This document shows positions 30,391-44,896 of a stretch of DNA of 64,000 nucleotides, piece by piece (within the stretch, counting starts at the first letter, position 1; each line of letters opens with the position of its first letter). The notes below the pieces were generated by a model that was given only the letters and a program-made list of their open reading frames with translations, made no database searches and was not told where the DNA came from. The translations under genes and the position numbers were made by a program. The DNA lies in NCBI GenBank assembly GCA_963693365.1, contig CAVNZM010000001.1, forward strand, positions 8,138,907 to 8,202,906, read 5' to 3'. This stretch comes from Amoebidium appalachense. Taxonomy: Eukaryota > Protista > Ichthyosporea.

Positions 30391-31746
30391 CTATTCCCCC
30401 GACGACGACAGCTCCGACTTCTTCCCATGGTCCTTCTCCTTCTTCTGCTCGTTGTATTTCACCCTCCGCCTGAGATTGACCGACTCTCTGTTCGCGTAGT
30501 AGTGATACCTCAGCCCATGCACGTTGCACAAGGTACCTTTCCCATTGGGCCCGGTTCTCCATTTCGGGCTCTTGGTAACGTTACACCCCTCCCACTGGCA
30601 TACACGTTCCTTTTTCTTTAACGATTTTAAAGACTCGCCTGCTTGGAAAAACGTGCCCGTGTTTTTGGGGATTGCTACTTTCCCCCCTGCCTCCTGGGGA
30701 ACCTTCACTTTTTTCTCCTCCGCCTGGCTCCAACGTGGATCCCCCCCAGGAAAGTCCGTAGGTGGGGGGCCCCATTTCCAGCCAGCGCTGGGCGGGTTTG
30801 AGTTTCCGGGGGGTGCACCTTCGCGCGAAAGGGGGTGAGCAGGCGGCGGTATATGTTGGGGAACGCCCCATAAAGGAATGGTCGCAGGTGCGGTGTTATC
30901 GTTGGGAACAGTGGGGTATGACGGGTAGCTTTGGGTCGGGTAACTCTGCGTGTCCGGTGGGGGTGGGGGTGGTGGTGCATGTGCGTGGCTGCCGATATCT
31001 CCGCTGCTCCTCTGATATTCCGTTGACGGGGGGTAATAATGTTGTCCGTAGTGATGTGGATTTGGCGGTTGGTGTCCATCGTAGTATTGATTCGGAGGAT
31101 AGTGTTGATATTCAAGGGGTGCGCCTGTGTTTGGATAGTATTGTGGATGGGGTGGGGCAAGGGGCTGGCTGTTACAAGGGACTGCGTACCCTGGTGCATG
31201 TGGCGGCGGGGGGGCCAACTGCTGGCTATTGGAAGGAACATGATAGTAATCGAGTGGAGCACCACTGCCCTCCTGAGGAGAAGGATGTGAGGGATGATAA
31301 TAGTACGGACCGTAACTGTAACCTTCGTGAGGTGGGAACTGAACAGGGGGTGTCTCCGCAGTGGAGGAAAAGCGGTTGCCTACCTGTGACCATTCCCCAT
31401 GTTGCTCGTTCGGGTGATGCGAAAACCGTTCATAGTATACGTGTAGTTCGTGCTTCTGCGAATGGGAAGGTGGAAGAGGGACACCTTCAGGGGGATTTAC
31501 CGCGTCGTAAGGTCTCCAAAGTGAATGTTGGTCTGCTGACGGGACACCCACAGGAGAACACTGGCTTGTTGCTTCTTCCTTCTCGTGTAGAGAGGGAACC
31601 TCTAGGGGGGTGGTCGTGTTGTTATCTGAAACGGTGCCATTTGAGGAAGCCGGGCTCGAAGGTTCAGCGGGTGGGAATTTAACTTCTGGGTGTTCGACGT
31701 CTGGGTCAGGTATAGTGTCGTCTGAGGCTGGGCTCATTAACTCCAC
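30391..31746 (-). CDS. GATA-type zinc-finger transcription factor with C-x4-C-x18-C-x2-H finger; 5' end uncertain (first ATG 31737, frame open further upstream)
   Basis: CQWEGCNVTKSPKWRTGPNGKGTLCNVHGLRY plus a basic tail at the C-terminus; long P/Y/H/Q-rich N-terminal region; repeat-free open frame of about 1.35 kb. Confidence 0.88.
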   Translation of the reverse strand: MELMSPASDDTIPDPDVEHPEVKFPPAEPSSPASSNGTVSDNNTTTPLEVPSLHEKEEATSQCSPVGVPSADQHSLWRPYDAVNPPEGVPLPPSHSQKHELHVYYERFSHHPNEQHGEWSQVGNRFSSTAETPPVQFPPHEGYSYGPYYYHPSHPSPQEGSGAPLDYYHVPSNSQQLAPPPPHAPGYAVPCNSQPLAPPHPQYYPNTGAPLEYQHYPPNQYYDGHQPPNPHHYGQHYYPPSTEYQRSSGDIGSHAHAPPPPPPPDTQSYPTQSYPSYPTVPNDNTAPATIPLWGVPQHIPPPAHPLSREGAPPGNSNPPSAGWKWGPPPTDFPGGDPRWSQAEEKKVKVPQEAGGKVAIPKNTGTFFQAGESLKSLKKKERVCQWEGCNVTKSPKWRTGPNGKGTLCNVHGLRYHYYANRESVNLRRRVKYNEQKKEKDHGKKSELSSSGE

Positions 31747-34473
31747 AGGTTTGGCTTCCTCCTTTACGTTAGAGTAAAGCTCAACTGGCTTGTGTTCTGC
31801 CTTCAGTGTGAAAAAATGAGAATAAAGTGTGGTATAGTTTGCGTCTGCCGAAAACTTGAAAGGGAAGTCTAGAAAGGGAGTGACGGATTATTGTTGTCTG
31901 AACGAGAAAATATTTCAAAGAAAGGGGAAATGAACAGCTGACAGGTATGTGCTTTGCGAATGAAGCACGTGCCAAGCTACATAAAAAAACATGCGTCTGT
32001 ATTTGTCTACATACACATATGATAGAACGTAGGTAATATAAAAAATAATGCATATATTGTAGGACTATTTGGTGGAAATTCTATATATTTTACAACACGG
32101 CAAGGAAAACATCTTTCCACAGACGTCAAGCAACTGAAGTGATGGAAACTACGCTGCTGTGCACGTCCATGAATCAATGCTCTTTTCCAAAGCGAAAGCG
32201 CTATTTATACGGTTAACTGTACTCCTTTCTGTTTATAATTGCAAAGTTAGAAAAGAAAACCACAAAAAGAACCGCCATTTAGCACTTAAAACGAACTCTG
32301 TACACTTCTTTGTAGGTAGAAAAACACACACGAAAAAAAAAAGAACCGAAAAATAGGTGATGCCAGGGTTGAGCGATGAAAAAGCTCGGCAGATGGCGCC
32401 TCTAGGGGGAACATTGGGTAACATACTTGAAGAACATAGGGAGGAGCTTCAGCAAGCTCTTTGCTGCAAATCGGCCGGACGATTGGAGATTAATATACTG
32501 TTTGATCTTTTATCTTTAATTTTTGTATGAAATTGAATGGGAATGTAAAGCTTTCTTTTTGTTGACTAGAGAGTTTACCTACACCTTTTCTTTAGTAAAT
32601 TCCTTCTGGTCAGGTTACGGTTACCCCCTTCGAGTCTAACCAATCACAACAGTATTTCACCGTTATTTGGCATGCCGCATTGCCGCATGTTGAGGCAAAT
32701 ATGAACCGTGCGTCTCATGCACGCCGATGTTTTTCTGCACTGTTGAACCTACAGTATAATATATATCTTTATATATATATCAAGTGTTGTAATATATAAA
32801 ACAATAGGTGAGAGTTTTGAAATGGCCCCGCCCGAGGCCGGGCTGAGACCGGACTCAAGTCGTCATCCCGCCGAGGCCGATAGCCGCATCACCGGTGCAT
32901 GCATAGCCAATCATTATTTTTTGCCGCCAGCCCGGGTCTCCGAAAAGCCCTCCATATACTATGTAAAAAAAAAATAATAAAAAATAAAAAATATCCAGAC
33001 ATTATAGAGTATAAAACAGAAAAAGGTGGATTAAGTTAACGTCGGTACATTCATGCATGTCAAGGTAATGAACATGCCGTGACGACCGCGGAGAAGAACT
33101 TCAGAAAATAATATAGAACCCCTGCATCCCGGAGTTCTTGGCAAGTTGTTGCTTCTTCTTCTTCTTCTTCTTTTTTTTTTTTTTTGAATTTTTTCCCTGT
33201 CATGACTCACGGCCCACGGTGCCTTCTATTTCAAGCAAAATCCACGACCGCTTGCATCAATGAGCTAGATATTAACGCCATATAGTATTCCACGTAAACA
33301 AAATGTTCGAGCAAGCTTAATGAAACTTCAAGCAAGAAAACAACAACAACCTACTTTTGCCGGCGGCTTGAAAGTTTCAAGGCCGCGATGTAAAAGTTTC
33401 TTGAAGAACAATTAGCACCCCAAACATTTTGGTGGTATAGGAGGAAGCATTTGTGCATCCCATAAGAGCCAATCGCATCGGGGATGACGAATGTGGGACA
33501 GATCGATTGGTAGCTCGCATGTAGACGAAATAAACTGTTTCTTATGTGTGAGTTTATTAATTTCAAGGGGGCATCATAGCATCATATATTGCTATCTAAA
33601 GTCGGCGAAGTATGTATGACATACTTGCCATCTAAACGCATTAAACATACACAGCGGTCTCCTTGACTCAGACTGACTGAATCACACGCGGCATCACTTG
33701 ACCCAATCCGTGATTTGGCAAGAGAGTTTCAGGAAAAAATTGTCCACACATAAGATGTTATGCTAATAAGATAACCGTGACCGGCATGCTCCCCGGTCAC
33801 CGGTGACCCGGTCCTCGCGATTTCGATGAGAAAACAGGAAAGGGCGAGACACTCAGGATCCGGATAGGCTTCCTGAAGATTCTGCGTATGCATGCATTTT
33901 ATGTGCGTGCCCGAGTTTGTATAAATATCCTTCTAGTAGCAAAAGCCTTTGTACCCACCAGATCAACTAAGGCATTACTAATGAAGTGATAGCCATTGCC
34001 GTAAGCTACCGTGATATGTCAGGCTGAAGCGGAGCTTATTTTGGAAACGGATAAGCACATTGTGGTCATGACACGGTAAAAGACCATGTGGTGTGTGGCA
34101 ACATGTGACTCTCTAATGATAATCTAATGCAAACATGAAAAAAATTCCCAGAGGGTTTTTTTCGTGTGCAACAAGTTTGTGCAACATCTTACAACACAGC
34201 GCATGAGTCTGTAGCCAAAACTTGGCAACGCTGCTCACCAAGAATTGATCGAGCCCGGCCTGTGGCTTATGATGCTCTTTATGAATCCGCTTTTGAGTCT
34301 TCAATGTTTTTTCGCAAATGGTCGCCATCTTTTTTTCTCAAGAAGGCATTCACCGGGTACCTGACTTTCACAAATCTGTCACGATAGCCTGCCACGTACC
34401 TAGCTAGGGAGCTGTGGTGCTGAATCACTGCGCAAGTGAAGCTGTTTTGGGGGTTGCTCACATGGTTGTTGAC

Positions 34474-34519
<46 letters not shown>

Positions 34520-34744
34520 GGTGTGTGTGTGTGTGTGTGTGTGCGTGTGTGCGCCAAAGTGTGTACGTGTGTGTGCGTCCGTGAGTGTGTGTGTGTTTGT
34601 CTGTGTTTGTGTGTCTGTGTCACGGTGTGTGTGTGTGTGCACTTCTCAAGTGCCTTAGAAGCAGCCTGCCGGGCACTGTTTTGGGCTCTTGCATAGCGGT
34701 GTGTGTTCGCGCCCGCGTGCGCATGTACAGTGTGTGCGTGCGTG

Positions 34745-34796
<52 letters not shown>

Positions 34797-34922
34797 CGCG
34801 CGCGCGCGCGTGCGCGTATGTGTGCGGGTGTGTGCGGGCTTGTGTGTGTGTGCATGTATGTCCGCGCATGCATGCGTGGGCCTGTGTGTGCACTTGTGTG
34901 TACATGAGTTCGTACAAGGTGC

Positions 34923-34981
<59 letters not shown>

Positions 34982-34993
34982 CGCGTGTGCATA

Positions 34994-35025
<32 letters not shown>

Positions 35026-36139
35026 CCTGTGTGTGTGTGTACGTGCGCGTATACGTGTGTTGCGTGGTGTGTGCATCATGTGTGTGTGAGCTGTGCTGTA
35101 CGTACATGTGTGCTCGTGTGTGTGCACGATTTCTGCATTTATCTATCTCTCCCTCTCACTCCATTGGTGCGTGACTACGTGTGTGTGCTTGTGTGTGTGG
35201 TGGTGGTGGTGGTGGTGGTGCAGTGTGGGGGGGGGGGGGGGGGGGGGGGGGGAAGGGGGGAGGGGGGGGGGGAGGGGGGAGGGGGGGGAGGCCAGGAGGG
35301 GTGATTGACCAAGAATATCGAGCTCGGTCGAGAACTTTCAGTTCTCAGATCCAGACCACTACTTACTGTAACCGGAAAGTCATTCTGTATTACTTTCGCA
35401 GTTCGTAATATTCCAAAACTGAGATATTGCTAAACCATAATAATGCAAAATTAAATTTATGGTTTCCGGGATTTCATCAGTGAGCTTTTAGAAGCTCCAG
35501 AGAAAGTTATAGTCCCCCCTCCCCCTTCCTCCCTCCCCCCCCCCCCCCAACACCCGCTGCACTGGGCATGCCCCCGAAGGAAGGGAGGGGGGAGGGAGGG
35601 GGGAGGGGGGGGGGGGGGGGGGGGGATTTGCTCTTCAATGGGATGAATAATAGATGCTTAGTCCAAAAAACAATATTCGGGCATATTATAAAGATCTAAG
35701 ACTCGAAACTGCTCAATGGTTTTTAAATTCTAAACAACATGAATCATTGGCCCGGTTGCCTTAACTCCGGCAATAGGCTGGTGTGCCACCAGCATTGTTC
35801 ACGGTGGTGGCGGTGATAAAGGGAAAAAGGGGGATGGGGGGAAGGGGGGGGGGGGGGGGGGGGGGAAGGGGGGAAAGAAGCGGCCAGGAGTGACTCATTG
35901 CTTTAGAGCTTGCGCGCCACGGTGTGACAGGATTTGAGGAGTCCGCACAGAGGACTGAAATTCGTTCACACGACACGACATTGAGAAGGTATGCATGTGA
36001 TATTGTGTGTCTGTGAGTATTTTGTAACTGTGTTTTTTTTTGTGGCACGGCTTAGCGCTTGTTTTTATACCTGGCGTGCTGAGGTTTGTAAGGGGAGTTG
36101 TAGCGGGATGTGTCCAAGTGCGTCAATGTGTGAGTGAGC

Positions 36140-36385
<246 letters not shown>

Positions 36386-37249
36386 CCCTCCCTCCCTCCC
36401 TCCCTCCCTCCCTCCCTCCCTCCCTCCCTCCCTCCCTCCCTCCCCTCTCTCTCTCTCTCTCCATTCTCTCTCTCTTTCTCCCCCCCCCCCCCCCCCCCCC
36501 CCCAACTCTCTCCCCCCGCCCCCTAGGCCAATGCATGCCCGCTATGCTCGCAGCTAAATTGTTATTGGCCGACGTAGGGCAGGGCTAGATTGCCAGGGCG
36601 AGCAGTCGAGTACTCAAAGCACTGGTGGCGCTGAGCTCGAGCAGCACATAGTTCACATTTGCACGCCCTAAAGCCCAAACAATTACATGTATTTTTTCTA
36701 TTAAAACCACTATTTTTTGGTTTTTCTGGTTTGGAAGTTATTTCACTATTTGGTTTACAATTGTAAGCCGCGCAAAACGAGGCTGAGGAGCACCTGCCAC
36801 CGGGCCACCGGCAGGCCTTTGTAGGTTACCCTTTGTAGGCGACAGGGCAGGGGACGGGGTTATTGCCATGGACTGTACATCACGAGTTGGATGAGATGAT
36901 GCATGCAAGAAGAAGACTAGTAAGGTAAAGGGAAACTATTCAAGGAAGGAGGGGAGCCGGGGGAGGGGGGGGGGGGGGGGGGAATATTTAGAAGAAAGTA
37001 GGAAAGAACGTGTACTGTAAAGCTTCGTGTTTCGTTTTTCCTTTCTGTGGCTATCAGTTCTGATGCAAACCCCCCCTCCCCCCCCTCCCCCCTCCCCCCC
37101 CCCTTCCCTCCCCCTCTGCTTTTAATATGCCTTGCTCCCCCCCCCCCTCCCCCCCTCCCCCCCCCCCCCCCCCCCCCCCCCACCACCACCACCACCACCA
37201 CCCTCTTTTTTTGGGTTTCTTTTTTTTTTTTGGTTGGTGGTGGTGGTGG

Positions 37250-37285
<36 letters not shown>

Positions 37286-37697
37286 GTATGTGTTTCCGAG
37301 GTATATGTGGTACACTTCCCCGCCTACAGCACACACACGCATACACTCTCCCTCTCCCCCCCGTCCCCCCCCCCCCCCCCCCCCCCCTCCCCTTCCGGAT
37401 CCTGCCCTCGCGCATTCTCCCTTCCCCGGTCCATATGTACCAGCTCCTCGAAAAATAAAAAAAAGGATAACAACAAAATTTCCCACATAACATTTTAGGG
37501 GAGGAGAGGAATGCAGGAGTGGGAGGGATGTTCTAAAGAATGTGGCCTGCAAACAATCTGAATTTCCCAGATACATTAAGCTTCCGTGCCGCGCACACCG
37601 TTGGCAGCACACTCGCACCCGCGCACGCACACAGGCACACGTGCGTACCAGTGGCACACACACGAACACACGCACACACAAACGCAGACACACCAAG

Positions 37698-37763
<66 letters not shown>

Positions 37764-37929
37764 GACACACACACACAGTGTCCCACACGTACACACAACT
37801 TGAATTCCTGTGTCACACAATGACGAGCCACTGAGATATCCGTTTTCACACAGTAGTTTAACATCACACACGGATAACATCACAGGCATGGGCCACGTCA
37901 TGCCTGGTGCACACACGCACACACACGGG

Positions 37930-37964
<35 letters not shown>

Positions 37965-37997
37965 ACACACGCTTGCAAGCAACCTGCGCACACAGAT

Positions 37998-38028
<31 letters not shown>

Positions 38029-38297
38029 CGATACAGACAGGCACGCACGCTTGCACGGACGCACACGCGTACGCATGCACACATGCACAGGCACACACAA
38101 ACGTCCGGGCGCACAACACACACACATGCAAATGCACATACACATACACACACATGCACACAGGCAGGTACATACAGGCGGGTACCACACGCGCGAGCAC
38201 ACACAGGCACGCACGCACGCACACACAGGCACACACGCACGCATGCACGTACACACGCACGCACGAAAGCACACGCGCACACAGGCACGCACACAGG

Positions 38298-38360
<63 letters not shown>

Positions 38361-39107
38361 ACACGAGTCCAAATTGAAGAACGCAGACGCTAGGTGCGAC
38401 AAGTTTGAACACTAGGAGAATTTTTGTTTTTTAAACTTTAATGCACAAGGTGCACCTAATGAGCCTTAACGATCCACGCTTGTAACTCCGAACATACCAC
38501 GTGCACAGGACTTGATTAATTACTTCGTTGCAGTCAGCCCTTTAATGACCAAAAAGGGGCAATTTTAAAGCCCACGGAGAATTTCGGGGTTCAATACTTC
38601 CAAGCCTTTCAGCATACATTCATCAATTTGACCAATCAGAAGTCACCACAATCGATACAAAAATATATCCACCAATAATAGCACCCCACCGACACCCGTA
38701 TAAATATAGGCGGGGGCACGCAGAACCAAGAAATAGCTAGCAAATATATATTCCCACATAACCTGCCTGACCGTCAGGGCCTAGCCCTCTTGTCTATTTA
38801 AAACCCTCCCCCTTCCTCCCCACCCTCCCCCGTGGGGGGGGCTATTTCAAGCAGAGTATATCTCTTTGAATATCCAGTGGAGCTATCTAGGCGACTCTCT
38901 CGTTGTCTATCGCAAAAGTATCATTCAAACCATACAAGATAAATCCGAGTCATGATCATGCTATCAAATCCACACCATGCATCCTCCCGATCCTCCCATC
39001 TACACCTTCAATATCCCGATCCTCTTTTTTAGCAATTCCATCCAAATTTAGTCTTGACGCTGCGTCATGATTATCTCGTATCCATTCATAGCACTTGCAT
39101 ACTATTT

Positions 39108-39267
39108 TTAGTCGGCCTTTTTGTGGCCCTCCAGCTCCCTCTCCCCCTGCCTCTGTATGGCCTTGCCTGCCTTTGCCCCCACCACCGCCCCTGCACCGGC
39201 ACTCATGGCTGCGGCTACCGTGGCTATGGCGGTGCCACCGGCAACTTTGGCAGCTGGGAAAAAAGGA

Positions 39268-39301
<34 letters not shown>

Positions 39302-39388
39302 AGAGAGAGAACATGTAGGTTAGAGGGGGAGGGGGCGGGAAGGGGAGGAGGAAGAAGAGGAAGATGGAAAGGAAAAGGAAAGGAGGAA

Positions 39389-39425
<37 letters not shown>

Positions 39426-39426
39426 A

Positions 39427-39457
<31 letters not shown>

Positions 39458-40013
39458 GCGTGTGTGTGTGGGTGTGTGGGTGTGTGGGTGGGGTGGGGGG
39501 GGGGTCAGAATAACGTTCTTGTTTGCTTTGTGCCAACTTCCTCTCATTTCTTTTCCTTCCCCTGCCATTTTCTTTTTTCTTTTCTTTTTTTTTGGGGGGG
39601 CAAGTGGCGGCGGCGGAAGGGGGTTGCGCGGGTGGGTGGGTGAGTGGGTGGGTGGGAGGGGGGGGGGGGGGGGGGGGGAAAGGGGGAACTATGTCACTTA
39701 GAAATAGGGAAACCTAGGTGGATGTGCAAGAACATGTGCTCAGAACATTCTTTCTGTTTTGCTTCCATATCAGTGCTCCCTAACAACCTGCTACATCCGC
39801 TCATCTTCTCACCACTTGCAACCAAGAATGAAAGAAAACAGGTGTAGAAATAGATAGTCCGGGGGGGGGGGGGGGGGGGAGGGGAAGGGGGGAGTAGGGG
39901 GGGGGGGGGGGGGGGGGGGGGGCACACACCTGCAAGCATACCGACAGGACCGAACAAAATGCCTCCGGCCAAAGCTCCCATCAGAGGATAGGTGGCAAGG
40001 TGGTATCGTGCAG

Positions 40014-40054
<41 letters not shown>

Positions 40055-40072
40055 GTGTGTGTGTGTGCATGC

Positions 40073-40117
<45 letters not shown>

Positions 40118-40539
40118 TGCCTGCGTGCCTACGTGCGTGCCTGCGTGCCTGCGTGTGTTCATGTGGATGGGTGGGTGTGCGCACAAACATTTATTTAGTC
40201 ATTTGAATTGATTTTTAATTATTACCTTTTGGGGGGGGGGGAGGTGGGGGGGGGGGAGGGGGAGGGGGGGCAGGCCGGGTGGTGAGGGGGGGAAGGGGGG
40301 GAGGAGGGGGCAAAATACCTGGAAAAAAGCCATGTGGATTTCAGCCTAAACCTTTATGTTTTCCTACACAGGTTCAGTCTTTTTTTTCCCTCTCCCTTAC
40401 CCTTACCACCATTTCTCCCTGCCACCTTTTCTCTTCATTCCAAGTCAATTGCATCAAGGTTGCCCCTCCCCTCCCCCCCTCCCCCCTTCCTGCGCCATGC
40501 AACCTACTCATCTAGGCATACACACACACACTCCCCCCC

Positions 40540-40570
<31 letters not shown>

Positions 40571-40982
40571 ACACTCCCCCCTCCGTCTTCCCCCCTCCCC
40601 CCTCCCCCCTTTTCTCCCTTCAGTCCCCAGTAAAACAGACAAAGGTTAAAAAAAAAAGATAGAAAAGAAAAGAAAACAAGATAAAAAACCAAAGAAAACA
40701 AAAACAAAAAAACCCAAAAAAAAAAAAAACACACCGTGTTTAGTTCCTGTGTGCCCCCTTCCACGTTTGCGGCTGCCGCCTCCACGTTCTGTTCGATTGT
40801 TTCCAAATGCTGCCCTTGCTCCTGCACAAAGCAGGGTTAGGGTCAAGAATCACAGGAGTAGAACGGAACAACCCCCCCCCCCTCCCCCCCCCCCCCCCCC
40901 CCCCCCGTTCCCTCCCCCCCCCCCCCCCCGTTCCCTCCCCCCACCCCCACCCCCACCACACACACGCACACACACACCCACC

Positions 40983-41014
<32 letters not shown>

Positions 41015-41070
41015 ACCACCACCCCTCCAGCTCCTTCCCAAACACGCATCCAACAACCCCCCTCGCCTCC

Positions 41071-41104
<34 letters not shown>

Positions 41105-41544
41105 TCCACCCCCTCCCTTCCCCACCCACCCAACCACCCACGCACCCACACTCTCACCCCCCTCCCTCCCCCCTCCCCCCCTTCCTACCCCCCCCCCCCC
41201 CCCCCCCCGCACACACACACACGCACATGCACACCCACCATTACATAGTCCTTCAACTGCATAAACGTCTGTGCAAGCTCCGACACATCTCCCGCCAGTC
41301 TCCTCAAACCCTTGTTCTGTGCCTCTGCTTCGTGTTGAATTCTTAAGGCGTCCTCCTGGGAGACGGAATTTTTTCCATTTATGGCGGTTTGGAGCTGCGA
41401 TGTAGATTCAGTTGATGCTATGTTTTCCCAACTGTCTGTTTCACTCAACGGCAAACTCTGGCTCACTGCGCAGGTATGTTATTGTGTAAGTGCAGGTTCC
41501 CTTTTGGTTTGTGTAGCATGGTGTCTTTTTCTTTTTTTGTGTGT

Positions 41545-41600
<56 letters not shown>

Positions 41601-42184
41601 ATTGGTCCAAGAATACACTCATAAATATCTAATATTGCGTGTAGCCGTGTGTGCGTATGTAGATTCATGAGCCGGTAACTGGGTGGGAAGGTAGAAGAGC
41701 TACGAGATGGGTTTGGATTCAAAGGGCAGAGGGGAAGGAGGGGGTGTACCCCCAGAAAAGGGTGTGAATGTACGTGAAAATGAAGATCACTAGTTCGTAG
41801 GGGAGTCAGAGAGCAAGTAAGCATGTGTGATAAACCTCGACGGAAACGAAAGGAAGAAACAAGAAAAGACGAAAAGCTCGAAGTTAACGGGAAAGAAAAA
41901 ATTGAGCCTGATTTTAGTAAAGATTCAGTGAAGAGCACGCAACTCCTGTGTAGAACGCACGTGTGGCTGTGCCTCTCTCTGTGTGTTGGTTGGGCGAGTT
42001 TGCGCATGTGTATTAAGTATGTATGTGTGTGCATGTGCAGTGCATATGTCCGTGTGTCCGTGTGTGTGACCATGTGCACATACACATATAAGCTGCAGGG
42101 CGTGCACGTGCATCTGTGACGGTATCTTGTGCACATGCACGCACGCGCACACTACCCTTTATTTGTGTGCATACCCCTAGACAT

Positions 42185-42257
<73 letters not shown>

Positions 42258-42260
42258 ACT

Positions 42261-42322
<62 letters not shown>

Positions 42323-42327
42323 ACACA

Positions 42328-42384
<57 letters not shown>

Positions 42385-42415
42385 ACGTCCCCCCTCCCCC
42401 ACCCACCCACCCACC

Positions 42416-42458
<43 letters not shown>

Positions 42459-42749
42459 CCCCCCCCCCCCCCCCCCTGCCTCCCACCCCTCCCCCCCCCC
42501 CCCTCCCCCCCCCTCCCCCCCTCCCCCCCCCCCCCCCACACACACACACAAAGGTCCACCCACTCGTGTTTCCAGCCATGGTCCACTCTCTGACCATCCT
42601 CTCAGCCAGGGGATAGGCCCTGCCCATGCGAGTGTAGGCTGCTGTTCTTTCTTTCAGCGCCAGTTGCCCTTCTTCCCTCTCATTTTCCCCTAGCTCGTTT
42701 ACAAGCATGCTGTGAAGGGGTGGCGGGGGTGGTGTGTGTGTGTGTGTTT

Positions 42750-42795
<46 letters not shown>

Positions 42796-43864
42796 GGTGG
42801 GGAGGGGAGGGGGGGGGGGGAGTGTGTGTGTTGGGGGGGGGGGGGGGGGGGAGGGGGAGGTGGGGAGGGAGGGGGGGGGGGGGGAGGTGGGGGAGATGAA
42901 GGGTGGTGGTGGCGGTGGTTGTGGGTGAGGAGGCAGAGGGGCAGGGGAGGGGCAAGGGGAGTATGTGAGTGTGGTCAGTTGGTTAGAAAGAAGGGATGAT
43001 GGGGTGTAGGTGTTCGTGTTCGTGTGCATGTGCATGTGTGTTTATGTGTGTGTTTGGGTGCTTACGGGTAACGGGGAAGAATCAGAAAGAATTTACCCAC
43101 CTCCCGTCGACCAATAGGTGGTCCATGTGGCGGGAACTGCACGTTGCTTTATCCAATAGCAATCTGGTGTGGGTGCACGTGGTGTCAGTGTTAAAGATTA
43201 TTAGGTCTGCAATTCTGCGTTTCTGTGTAAAATTCTCTTAATATAGCAGTTGTGCATTGTTGTCTACAAAAAGGGGGGTGTACCACGTATAGGCTAAGCC
43301 AACCATATTACTCTGACTTGAAAATGACGTATAGTTGAAGTCCTATATGCCGACATAGACCTTAAAGCAACACAGTTTGGTGGAAACGCACAATGCCCAG
43401 ACCTTAACAATGCCTTTATCTGTTGCTAACATTACGCCGAGTTTCCCAGTTAGGAAAATACAAACTAACGGCAACAAACAGTAAAGAGCCCAAAATGTCA
43501 ACAAAATGTCAAGACTTTCTGCCTGTAGCGGTGATGACTCAGTTTACGAACAGCCACTTTTATCTCTTCTATTCTTTCTTCTTTTCTTATCCTTTTCTTC
43601 TGCACAGCAACCCCCCCCCCCCCCCCCCCCAAATTCCTTACCCCTCCCCAGGCCACCACCGCCCAATCCAGGGACACAACCGATTGTAAACATACACACC
43701 CCTCCCCTCAACCCTTCTAAACAGAACCAAAAACTACAAACCTGCAAGAAACAATATCCCACCGTAGCACACACACACATACACCAACAGAGAAGCTTGG
43801 AAGAGAAGGGGGTCGCGTGTGTGAGTGAGTGAGAACGCGTGCATGTGTGTGTGTGTGGGAGGGG

Positions 43865-43902
<38 letters not shown>

Positions 43903-44223
43903 AGGGGGGGAGGAAGGGGGGGGGGGGGGGGGGGGGGGATTCTCACCTGATTTTAGCTATGCTCTCTTGTGTTGGTTCGCTCTGATGCCGTACACACTGT
44001 GCCCACCCCCCGGTCACAAAAAATAAGAACTTGTACAGTATGGACCCCCCCCCCCCCCCCCCCCCCCCCTCCCTTCCTCTCCCCCCCTTCACACACACAC
44101 AAACACACCTATTGTCACACCCACCCATAACAAAATCTCCAATCGCCCATGTCACCACCACTACTACCCACCGAGAACAACATTGAATAGCAGTCAACAA
44201 GCAGTCCTTCATTAATTTTTTTA

Positions 44224-44258
<35 letters not shown>

Positions 44259-44759
44259 TGTCGGGGGAGGGTGTGTGTGTGGATTGCTTACAGAGTGCGA
44301 AGTACACACTCACCACACAGGCAACACGATTCTGATGTTTCATAGCACAAAAACACAGAATATCCATCGTCAGTATAGCTCGTCATTCATAGTGGAACCC
44401 CACGTCATTCATAGTGGAATATCAAACAGGAACCGAAATGAATGTGCAAGCGACAGACGCTTGGACATAACCTAATATCTGAGTGTTTTCCTATGCCTCC
44501 ACACACACACAAAAAAAAAAAAAATTCCGATTCTTTAACTTCTTATGCGTGGTTGCCAAACCCTCCTTTCCTTTAACGGCAAAAGACTCGTAAACCCGTC
44601 TCGGCTACAAGACAAACAACTACACTCTAGGGACTACCCCAGGGCATAAGAACACACACGCGCGCGCCCGCACACACACACACACGCGCGCGCACACTCA
44701 CGAAACACACACACTCGCTCACTCACTCACTCACGTACACACAAGCATACATGCCTTCA

Positions 44760-44827
<68 letters not shown>

Positions 44828-44831
44828 CGAA

Positions 44832-44896
<65 letters not shown>

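Noticed and set aside
30762-31682. 306-aa + strand ORF
   Set aside because: Antisense shadow of the GATA gene.
33900-34400. Possible coding remnant in non-repetitive intergenic DNA
   Set aside because: Frequent stops in the frames examined and no identifiable family.
36594-36670. Tiny hAT-like inverted repeat (cagggcgagca / tgcacgcccta)
   Set aside because: Only about 10 bp, no target-site duplication and no second copy seen.
40318-40365. Candidate extra STX17 exon
   Set aside because: Exon 40821-40735 joins 40014 in phase and yields the expected ELNT-AARY sequence without it.
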